DNA from: Halarcobacter sp.
GTDB taxonomy: Bacteria > Campylobacterota > Campylobacteria > Campylobacterales > Arcobacteraceae
Assembly (NCBI GenBank): GCA_963676565.1
Contig: OY781089.1
Location: forward strand, 128,001-192,000
Direction of reading: 5' to 3'
Length of the DNA: 64,000 bases
The notes beneath the pieces were generated by a model. The model did no database searches and was not told where the DNA came from. It saw only the letters and a list, made by a program, of their open reading frames with translations. This document shows, piece after piece, positions 31,823 through 38,712 of the stretch. The number at the start of each line of letters is the position of its first letter. The stretch's first letter is position 1. The translations under genes were made by a program, and so were the position numbers.

Positions 31823-32224
31823 CTATTCACGAGTATATTCATTTGCCATTGTTTCTAATTCTAGTACACGCTTTATGTTTTGTTCCATTGGACAAAAATA
31901 ATACATTGGTGAACCTACATAATTTCCCATCAATTTGCAATGGATATTTCTATATTTGAGCCATGCTATTTGTGAGTTTTCAAATTGCTTTGCATCATCT
32001 ATTGAACGCTTTGATATGTTTTTATAAATAATTTTATATAGTCTATTCATCTCTTTTTTTGCAAATGCAGATGTATTTTCACTGCACATAGCAACAACCG
32101 TATTATTTATTTGACCTTCTTCATGAATACAATCATTGTAATTTTTCTCATATTTATTTTTTGTTTCAGCAAATAAAATAAAAGGCATTAATGCAATAAA
32201 TAATAGTAAATTTGTGACCTTCAT
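31823..32224 (-). CDS. LprI/DUF1311 family secreted protein (last cassette)
   Basis: Signal peptide, C...MC...MNRLY, SQIAWLKYRNIHC; AAGGAG RBS. Confidence 0.8.
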   Translation of the reverse strand: MKVTNLLLFIALMPFILFAETKNKYEKNYNDCIHEEGQINNTVVAMCSENTSAFAKKEMNRLYKIIYKNISKRSIDDAKQFENSQIAWLKYRNIHCKLMGNYVGSPMYYFCPMEQNIKRVLELETMANEYTRE

Positions 32225-32243
32225 ATATTACTCCTTTGTATCA

Positions 32244-32295
32244 ATATAACGCCTACCTCAGCCGCTGAAGATCGGCTCAGAGTCTCTTGTTAGCC
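32244..32295 (-). other. attC site, GC-rich short type (52 bp)
   Basis: GGCTAAC-AAGAGACTCTGAGCCG-ATCTTCAG-CGGCTGAG-GTAGGC-GTTATAT. Confidence 0.75.
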
Positions 32296-32668
32296 ATTTT
32301 CTAGTTATTATAGGCAACCATGTAGCCCCTATAGCACACAGCTGAAAATAGGCTAACCGGTACGGGTGAGCCCAGCCACCCGAGTAGCCAACATCAAAAG
32401 CCAGCCACACAACAAATGTGGAACTTGAAGCCAAAGCCGCAATCAGCACCCTTTCTGGAAATCTCAGTACAGCAAAACCCTCTAATACCGCCAATATTCC
32501 GAACCACGCTGTAAAAAAGCCTAAGGTTAGCCCCCAGGAATACCCACCTCTGTATTCTCTACCTATAGCTTCCGCCACGAAGTGGCCGACTCCATATATC
32601 GCGGTCAGAAGAAGCACCCTGATTATTGGCCGTAACAAAAGCAGATAAACTATGCGCTTTGTCATCAC
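32258..32668 (-). CDS. GC-rich 4-TM hypothetical cassette protein
   Basis: Hydrophobic ORF; 33/60 and 30/60 GC in two hand-counted lines; reads into its attC. Confidence 0.7.
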   Translation of the reverse strand: MMTKRIVYLLLLRPIIRVLLLTAIYGVGHFVAEAIGREYRGGYSWGLTLGFFTAWFGILAVLEGFAVLRFPERVLIAALASSSTFVVWLAFDVGYSGGWAHPYRLAYFQLCAIGATWLPIITRKWLTRDSEPIFSG

Positions 32669-32736
32669 GATTAACCTTTGAAACGCTTAGTTAATAAATC
32701 GGAAACTTTCATGTAAATCCTTCTTATAATTTTAGT

Positions 32737-32805
32737 GTATAATGTTTAAAATGAGCCGATAAATTTCCCTCAGGGTAATTTATTGGCTCCTCTGATTTGT
32801 TAGAC
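32737..32805 (-). other. attC site, 69-bp family (R' GTT changed to ATT)
   Basis: GTCTAAC-AAATC-AGAGGAGC-CAATAAATTACCC-TGA-GGGAAATTTATCG-GCTCATT-TTAAAC-ATTATAC. Confidence 0.88.
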
Positions 32806-32808
32806 GTT

Positions 32809-33693
32809 TTATAATTCAAATCTAAATTCTTCTGGATGTTCATCATTAGGATAGTACGCTTTTATTTTGTATACATTTGTTTTGATTACATTTTCATCAA
32901 TATTTATTTCTTTGTCTACCAATAATCCAAACAGCCATGGTCTTTCAAATTTTTCAATGTATTCAAATGAAATGAGCTTTCCTTCTTCCGTATCAACTTC
33001 ATTAATATTTATTATATTTGATATTTTAACTAATTCAGTTAGAAAAATTAATACACTTTCATCAATATATAAAGAAGACCCACCAATATCTTTTTTTGAG
33101 CCCATATCATCTAGAATATATGCTTTTGCTAAGGCTGTATTCATTTGAAGTTCTTTAAGATTACTTATTACAATTGGATTACCTGTTCCTTTTGCTATAT
33201 TAGAATAACCACCTTTAGGTCTTGTATAATTTAAAACGAAATCATCAATTCTTGCCTCACTAAAAGTATATTCAGCTTTTTCACCAAATGCAATTACAGT
33301 TCTTGCACCTGGCAAATTATTTGAAATCTCTGATTTCATAATAAATACATGAGACATAATAATATCTCTAAGCCATAGCTCAATACCATGGAGAATATTT
33401 ATAGCTTTATCCATAATATTGTTTTCAATGAAATATGTTTTGATAACTCCATCGTTTAACACAAACATATAACTATTTGATGGAGAAAAATGTCTACTAT
33501 GAATTTTGTAAAATTCATCTAATCTATTAGTGATTTTTAACCAATCTTTTTTAGATAATTTCCAATTTGTTTTTGTAAAATGAGAACCAAATCCTAATAA
33601 GTCAGACCATGCACAAAGATTTAAGGATATTTGAAAACCCTCTTTATTTTGCAGTTTATCTCCTAAAGGACTAGAATACTTATTACTATACAT
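32809..33693 (-). CDS. Hypothetical protein, divergent class III nucleotidyl cyclase-like
   Basis: AWSDLLGF, FVLNDGV, ARTVIAFG, ALAKAY motifs in cyclase order. Confidence 0.55.
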   Translation of the reverse strand: MYSNKYSSPLGDKLQNKEGFQISLNLCAWSDLLGFGSHFTKTNWKLSKKDWLKITNRLDEFYKIHSRHFSPSNSYMFVLNDGVIKTYFIENNIMDKAINILHGIELWLRDIIMSHVFIMKSEISNNLPGARTVIAFGEKAEYTFSEARIDDFVLNYTRPKGGYSNIAKGTGNPIVISNLKELQMNTALAKAYILDDMGSKKDIGGSSLYIDESVLIFLTELVKISNIININEVDTEEGKLISFEYIEKFERPWLFGLLVDKEINIDENVIKTNVYKIKAYYPNDEHPEEFRFEL

Positions 33694-33870
33694 TTATATA
33701 TCAATCTTTTTTCCACTTAACTTGAAGTAAACAAATCCAGCACTCACTAACGCTATTACAAAAATAATTCCTGTTTCTTCTTTTGCTGGGTTACCTACTA
33801 GACTTAAAAGTCCAATAAATAATCCAAAAAATATAACAATACCTATAGTTCGTGCAAAATTTTCTTTCAT
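33694..33870 (-). CDS. 58-aa two-TM protein (below the ORF track cutoff)
   Basis: GAAGGA RBS, MKENFARTIGIVIFFGLFIGLLSLVGNPAKEETGIIFVIALVSAGFVYFKLSGKKIDI, TAA directly followed by the next ATG. Confidence 0.75.
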   Translation of the reverse strand: MKENFARTIGIVIFFGLFIGLLSLVGNPAKEETGIIFVIALVSAGFVYFKLSGKKIDI

Positions 33871-33886
33871 TTTATTCCTTCATATG

Positions 33887-33921
33887 ACGTTATCGGGTCG
33901 CCGCAGGCGAGCCGATAACGT
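33887..33921. repeat. 35-bp GC-rich hairpin overlapping an attC R' box
   Basis: ACGTTATCGG-G-TCGCC-GCA-GGCGA-G-CCGATAACGT. Confidence 0.85.
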
Positions 33922-33981
33922 TTAAAATGAGCCGATGAATTGCCCACAGGGTAATTTATTGGCTCCACTGATTTGTTATGT
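33913..33981 (-). other. attC site, 69-bp family (both core triplets intact)
   Basis: ACATAAC-AAATC-AGTGGAGC-CAATAAATTACCC-TGT-GGGCAATTCATCG-GCTCATT-TTAAAC-GTTATCG; 8-nt L'' with an extra base versus 7-nt L'. Confidence 0.92.
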
Positions 33982-34755
33982 TTTTTTCTTATTTATAATT
34001 AAGTTATAAGCTTGTACTTTATAAAAGTCTAGCATTACTTCTTGCCCCTTTTTGTTTTTATCATTAATTTTCTTTAGTTTTGCAAGCTCATTCGCATTTT
34101 TACCAGTTAATTCAAAAGCTTTTAAATACATAGTTATATTATTAGGGTTCTCTATTCTAAAAGTATTCAAGCTTTTTTTATCTTTATTGTTAATTTTAAT
34201 GCCTACAAATACATGACCACCTTCTTCATTTCCATTTTCATCAATAAAAGACTTACGATGAAAAATATAAGTCTCATACCCAATATAACTCAACAGTGCA
34301 GCTGCAAGAATTGATTGATCTTCGCAATCTCCTAACTTTGTTTTGTAAGTTGCATTTATTGATTTTAAGATATCCTCATTTTTTTCATCTTCTTGGTATT
34401 TAACTTCATAAATCATAAAATCCAATACTTTTTTTAATTTATCCTTTTGAGACATATCGTTTTTAATTCCTATTTCAATTGCAATACTTTTTACATTTTG
34501 GATATTAGAATTTACATAATTTGCATATTCTTTCATTTCAATTTCAGAAAGAATATTTTCTATTTTATTTTTAGAATAATTTTGTAATCCATATTGATAA
34601 AGAATATTTTCTTGTTCTTGTATAGTTTTTGCTTTGTTTAATTTATTTTGAATTGATAAAAAACTATTTTGTTCTTGTATAGTTTCATTATCACCTAATA
34701 CATAAATTATAATTAGTAATAAAACTGCTATTGCTATTAATATGTTTTTTTTCAT
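33976..34755 (-). CDS. Transglutaminase-like (Cys-His) membrane-anchored cassette protein
   Basis: GDCEDQSILAAALL and GHVFVGI; stop TAA lies within the R'' box. Confidence 0.8.
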   Translation of the reverse strand: MKKNILIAIAVLLLIIIYVLGDNETIQEQNSFLSIQNKLNKAKTIQEQENILYQYGLQNYSKNKIENILSEIEMKEYANYVNSNIQNVKSIAIEIGIKNDMSQKDKLKKVLDFMIYEVKYQEDEKNEDILKSINATYKTKLGDCEDQSILAAALLSYIGYETYIFHRKSFIDENGNEEGGHVFVGIKINNKDKKSLNTFRIENPNNITMYLKAFELTGKNANELAKLKKINDKNKKGQEVMLDFYKVQAYNLIINKKKT

Positions 34756-34800
34756 TTTTAATCTTTCCTCTTAAAAAATAATTGAAACTGCAGACATTAA

Positions 34801-34869
34801 ACATAACGTTTAAAATGAGCCGATGAATTACCCACAGGCTAATTTATTGGCTCCACTGATTTATTATAA
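34801..34869 (-). other. attC site, 69-bp family (R'' AAC changed to AAT)
   Basis: TTATAAT-AAATC-AGTGGAGC-...-GCTCATT-TTAAAC-GTTATGT. Confidence 0.9.
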
Positions 34870-35156
34870 GTTACTGACTTGAAATGTTCTACTATAGGAA
34901 AAGGATCATAAAAATGATGAAGCAGTGTTTTCCATTCTTGATATTTTTCAGAACCTCTAAAACCTTCCGTATGGTCTTCTAATGTCTCCCAATTTACCAG
35001 TAAAATATATTTATTTGGTGTTTCTATGCATTTTTGTAATTGATGTGAAACATACCCTTTCATTTTTGAAATAATGGCTTGTGCTTTTTCAAATGCAATT
35101 TCAAAATCATTTTCTTGACCAATCTTTACATCTAAAACTGCTACTTCTAATATCAC
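34839..35156 (-). CDS. Antibiotic biosynthesis monooxygenase (ABM) family protein
   Basis: MILEVAVLDVK, LLVNWETLEDHTEGFRGS, LLHHFYDPFP. Confidence 0.85.
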   Translation of the reverse strand: MILEVAVLDVKIGQENDFEIAFEKAQAIISKMKGYVSHQLQKCIETPNKYILLVNWETLEDHTEGFRGSEKYQEWKTLLHHFYDPFPIVEHFKSVTYNKSVEPIN

Positions 35157-35173
35157 TTTATTTCCCCTTTGAT

Positions 35174-35192
35174 TTATAACTCTTTGTTAAAT
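35174..35192 (-). other. Collapsed attC (R''-5 bp-R')
   Basis: ATTTAAC-AAAGA-GTTATAA at the gene end; GTTATAA matches the end box of the next cassette. Confidence 0.65.
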
Positions 35193-35500
35193 AACTGATT
35201 GCTACCAATTACTTCATAGACTTTAACTTCTGTATCAGGTTTAATGCGAAATTTTTCGTCTTCTGGATAAAGAACAGCTTTATACAAATTATCACCTGTG
35301 TATCGTTTCATAATATCTAGTTCTTCCCAATGTGATACGAATGTAATTTCAATCTCACCATTTAACTCACGTTTTAGAACATGATACCCTATACACCCGT
35401 CAATATTTTGAGTATCTTTTATACCTGTTTCTGAAAGGTAATTAATAAATCCATTTGCTGTCTCTTTAGGGCAAACACATTTCCATTCTCGATGATACAT
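35174..35500 (-). CDS. ABM-like dimeric alpha-beta barrel protein
   Basis: R.W.., TGI...GC.G..VLKR, SHWE, AVLYPEDEKF; ATG 35500 with AAGGA RBS. Confidence 0.75.
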   Translation of the reverse strand: MYHREWKCVCPKETANGFINYLSETGIKDTQNIDGCIGYHVLKRELNGEIEITFVSHWEELDIMKRYTGDNLYKAVLYPEDEKFRIKPDTEVKVYEVIGSNQLFNKEL

Positions 35501-35520
35501 ACTATTCCTTTGCAATTTTT

Positions 35521-35587
35521 ATATAATATTTAAATACACCAATAAAGTGCCGCAGGTACTTTATTAGTGTGCTATGATTTGTTATGT
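35521..35587 (-). other. attC site, 67-bp variant (R' GTT changed to ATT)
   Basis: ACATAAC-AAATC-ATAGCACACTAATAAAGTACC-TGC-GGCACTTTATTGGTGTAT-TTAAAT-ATTATAT. Confidence 0.8.
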
Positions 35588-36303
35588 GCTTCATTTTCGT
35601 TTAAGTTTACTTTGATTATTTCTTCATTATCTTTTCTTTTAATTAATAAAGTTGCAATGGAAAAATTTTTAACACCTCTATACTCTTCAACATTTTTTTC
35701 GCCAAATATAAAATAACCTTCTTCGTCAAGTTTTTTTATTTGGTTATCAAATTCTAAGCCTATATTAATTTTATCTCGAATTTCTAAATCACTACTGATT
35801 TCACCATAATCAATAAATGTTTGTAATGTACTTCCAATATAGTCAGCTTCATCTTTTGAAATTATATTATCGTAATCGACCCTATATCCCATCACATCAG
35901 ATAAGATATTCATTAACTCTTTCCCAGATGAGATTCTTACTAAAAATTTTATTTCTTCTATATTTTTATTGCCATCAAGTTCTTTTTTTAAAGTCTTTTG
36001 TACCCAGTTTTCATGATTTTGTTTCATATATCTTAATATTTCTTCTGGAAAAGAATCTATTAAAGTATCAATTTCTTTGTGATGATTTCTACATAATAAA
36101 ATCAAGTTATCAAATGTATCATAATCATTTAAATTTGGCTTATGTCTTGGTCCTTTTGATTTGCTACTTATAATATGACATTCTTCACCAATATTTAGGT
36201 TACTATCTGTTTCTTGTTCTGTAATTAGTTCGATTTTACAGATAGCACATCTATTACCTGATTTTGCCCAAAGCATTTTTCTAGTTTTTTCTGATATTGC
36301 CAA
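35572..36303 (-). CDS. HNH endonuclease with unrecognised C-terminal domain (first cassette)
   Basis: LWAKSGNRCAIC, ECHII...GPRH, NLILLCRNHHKEID; TTG start at 36303 after AGGA. Confidence 0.85.
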   Translation of the reverse strand: MAISEKTRKMLWAKSGNRCAICKIELITEQETDSNLNIGEECHIISSKSKGPRHKPNLNDYDTFDNLILLCRNHHKEIDTLIDSFPEEILRYMKQNHENWVQKTLKKELDGNKNIEEIKFLVRISSGKELMNILSDVMGYRVDYDNIISKDEADYIGSTLQTFIDYGEISSDLEIRDKINIGLEFDNQIKKLDEEGYFIFGEKNVEEYRGVKNFSIATLLIKRKDNEEIIKVNLNENEAHNKS

Positions 36304-36334
36304 TCTACTAATTCCTATTTTATTTTTAAATCTC

Positions 36335-36353
36335 ACATAACTATCTATTGAAT
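36335..36353 (-). other. attI-like simple site at the head of the array
   Basis: ATTCAAT-AGATA-GTTATGT (7-5-7); GTTATGT is the exact complement of the first cassette's ACATAAC. Confidence 0.6.
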
Positions 36354-36357
36354 ACCC

Positions 36358-36397
36358 ATTATATAAATAAAGCACTTAAATCCACTTATTTATTATA
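36358..36397 (-). promoter_or_regulatory. Candidate cassette promoter(s)
   Basis: Two minus-strand TATAAT hexamers at 36358-36363 and 36392-36397. Confidence 0.4.
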
Positions 36398-36456
36398 TAT
36401 TCTTAAAAGAGCATATTTTAGGTATAGCTTCTAAAATGTTGGATTTTTAGAGAATC

Positions 36457-36577
36457 GAAAATTCATATTTTTATTAAAATCAAGGCAAAGAGAATTTTTC
36501 ATGAAGGAGTTTACTGTAGTAAATGACTGATTAAAGAATTTTATTTAACGAAGATTCTGATAAAAAGATGGATTTTC
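36457..36577. repeat. 120-bp imperfect palindromic (MITE/RPE-like) element
   Basis: GAAAATTCATATTTTTATTAAAATC pairs with GATTCTGATAAAAAGATGGATTTTC; apical TTTAC-TGTA-GTAAA. Confidence 0.7.
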
Positions 36578-37099
36578 CCTCATCATACATTTTAATATCT
36601 CATAAGTTTTACTAACATCATATGTAGCACTATGATAAGATTCTTGGTCAAAATCTATATTATAAAAAATACAAGTCTCATCTAGTTTTGGATTTTTTAT
36701 TCTCCCATTTTTATTTAAAGCTTTTACAATATGCTTATTCTCTTTCATAGTACAAATATGATTTTCAAAGGAAGCCAAGCCTTCGACTCTTGCAAGCTCA
36801 AAACTTATATTGTGAGCAACTAAAGTTTTTGCATCTTCACAAAATTTTACAAAGTCCTCATCCTCTTTAAAATATGAGGCATATTTTTCTTCACTTTTAT
36901 TTCTATGTTCAAGTATTAATTCAGGGGTTAATCTATGAACTTGAAAGGCGTAATAATTAACTGGATATCTTGAAAGATAATATCTATGAAATTTGTCTAC
37001 AACTTTTAACTCATTATTTTGTATTTGAACTTTAACTGCAGCTGCTTCTATAACGTCATGTGGGTTTAAAGTATTTGTTTCGAAGTCTAATATAATCAT
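36545..37099 (-). CDS. DEDDh 3'-5' exonuclease
   Basis: IILDFET, LVAHNISFE, HSATYDV; start reassigned to ATG 37099. Confidence 0.88.
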   Translation of the reverse strand: MIILDFETNTLNPHDVIEAAAVKVQIQNNELKVVDKFHRYYLSRYPVNYYAFQVHRLTPELILEHRNKSEEKYASYFKEDEDFVKFCEDAKTLVAHNISFELARVEGLASFENHICTMKENKHIVKALNKNGRIKNPKLDETCIFYNIDFDQESYHSATYDVSKTYEILKCMMRENPSFYQNLR

Positions 37100-37301
37100 A
37101 GTGCAATTATATTCAATAAAATGTAAATAATATGTAAGAAAATAAGCACTTTCCACAAATTTTTAAAGAGTTTTAGAATTATTCAAAAAAAAATGGATTT
37201 TTCCTTTCAATTTTATTTATTTTTTGATTTTTTTTCATAATACTTAGTTATAAAATGTGCCTGACTAGCATATATGGTTAAACAAAAAATAAAAAAGGAC
37301 A

Positions 37302-37811
37302 ATGATGTATTACCAAACTGCAGACTTATGTGATTTGAATCAAGATAAAAAAATTCAAGTATTATCCCCCAACTTTAAATCTTTTGGAGGGAAAAAAGGT
37401 TTTCAAGGAAGGGTCATAACTATAAAACTTGATAAAAGTAATTGGGATTTAATTGATATTTTAAAAAATGAAGATGGAACAGGAAAAGTTGTTGCTATTG
37501 ATGTTGATGAAGCTTATTATGGAGTTGTGGGTGATAAACTATCAGCATTTGCAGCAAAAAACAACTTTGTAGCTATGATTATAAATGGATATGTTAGAGA
37601 TACTAGAGAAACTGTTAAATTTGATATTGGTTTATTTGCTTTAGGAACTTGCCCACTTAGAAATTTTGAAAAAACAAAAGGTATTAGAGATATTGAGCTA
37701 AACTTTGGTGGAGTAACTTTCAATAATGGAGATTATGTTTATGCAGATGAAGATGGAGTAATAGTTTCATCTATCGAGCTTGACACAAGTGATGCCCCTA
37801 TAATCTCTTAA
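37302..37811 (+). CDS. rraA: RraA/HMG aldolase family protein
   Basis: TADLCD, FGG..F.G, VGD, GYVRD, YADEDGV. Confidence 0.85.
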   Translation: MMYYQTADLCDLNQDKKIQVLSPNFKSFGGKKGFQGRVITIKLDKSNWDLIDILKNEDGTGKVVAIDVDEAYYGVVGDKLSAFAAKNNFVAMIINGYVRDTRETVKFDIGLFALGTCPLRNFEKTKGIRDIELNFGGVTFNNGDYVYADEDGVIVSSIELDTSDAPIIS

Positions 37812-37893
37812 TACATTAAAAAATTATTCAAGTTTTTCTTATTAAATATAAAAAATTTAAGTATAATTCGAAAAAATTTAATAGGATAAAAAC

Positions 37894-38691
37894 TTGGATA
37901 AAATTAAATCCCTTGTAGAAGCAAAAAAGTTTCAAAACTTTATTATTGTACTTATCATTTTAAATGGTATCTCAATGGGTCTAGAAACCTCAAAATCAGT
38001 TATGTCAAGCTATGGTAGCATACTTCATGCTTTTGATGTGTTTGTGATTTCTGTCTTTACTATAGAGGTAACTCTTAGAATAATTGCCCATAGATTATCT
38101 TTTTTCAAAGACCCATGGTCTTTATTTGATTTCTTTGTTGTGATTATCTCACTAATTCCATCAAGTGGAAGTTTCTCCGTTCTAAGAATCTTAAGAGTTC
38201 TAAGACTTTTTAGACTTATTACAGTAGTTCCACAAATGAGAAAAATTGTTGCTGCACTAATAAGTGTTATTCCTGGAATGATTTCTATTATTGGACTTAT
38301 GAGTTTAATATTTTATGTTTTTGCTATCATGGCTACATCTTTATATGCAGAAACTTTTCCCCAATGGTTTGGAACTCTTGGAGAATCATTTTATACCCTA
38401 TTCCAAATTATGACTTTAGAATCTTGGTCGATGGGAATTGTAAGACCTATAATGGAGCAACACCCACTAGCTTGGGTCTTTTTTATTCCATTTATATTTG
38501 TGGCAACTTTTATTATGATTAACCTTGTTGTTGCAATAATTGTAGATGCAATGAGTATAATAAAAGAAGAAGAGATTGAAAAGATAGAAGAAGTAAAAAC
38601 TTCTGAAAGTGAATTGAAAACTGAAATCAAATCTTTACAAGAAGAGATTAAAGAGTTAAAACATCTAATTATAAAATCAAATAGAAAGTAA
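37894..38691 (+). CDS. Bacterial voltage-gated sodium channel (NavAb-like)
   Basis: S4 [12 protein letters not shown], filter TLESWSM, C-terminal coiled coil. Confidence 0.93.
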   Translation: MDKIKSLVEAKKFQNFIIVLIILNGISMGLETSKSVMSSYGSILHAFDVFVISVFTIEVTLRIIAHRLSFFKDPWSLFDFFVVIISLIPSSGSFSVLRILRVLRLFRLITVVPQMRKIVAALISVIPGMISIIGLMSLIFYVFAIMATSLYAETFPQWFGTLGESFYTLFQIMTLESWSMGIVRPIMEQHPLAWVFFIPFIFVATFIMINLVVAIIVDAMSIIKEEEIEKIEEVKTSESELKTEIKSLQEEIKELKHLIIKSNRK

Positions 38692-38712
38692 ACCCTAATT
38701 AGGGTTTACTTT
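38685..38712. terminator. Perfect 28-bp palindrome spanning convergent stop codons
   Basis: AAAGTAAACCCTAA-TTAGGGTTTACTTT. Confidence 0.7.

Larger units (their letters stand above)
31823..36353 (-). mobile_element. Integron-type gene cassette array lacking a neighbouring integrase (CALIN-like)
   Basis: Co-oriented unrelated ORFs separated by imperfect palindromes bounded by AAC and GTT boxes; complementary cassette start and end boxes; no tyrosine recombinase ORF in window. Confidence 0.9.

Noticed and set aside
31785..31830. attC for the LprI cassette
   Set aside because: Only a short terminator-like hairpin is present, with no AAC and GTT boxes in attC geometry
32737..35587. CRISPR interpretation of the repeats
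   Set aside because: Repeats are 67-69 bp and separated by 0.65-1.1 kb of coding sequence; no cas genes in the window
36304..36375. Extended N-terminus of the HNH ORF in the track
   Set aside because: It crosses the cassette boundary; TTG at 36303 has an RBS and fits the domain start
36354..37300. Integron integrase next to the array
   Set aside because: No tyrosine recombinase ORF or recognisable R-H-R-Y remnant; the ORF here is a DEDDh exonuclease
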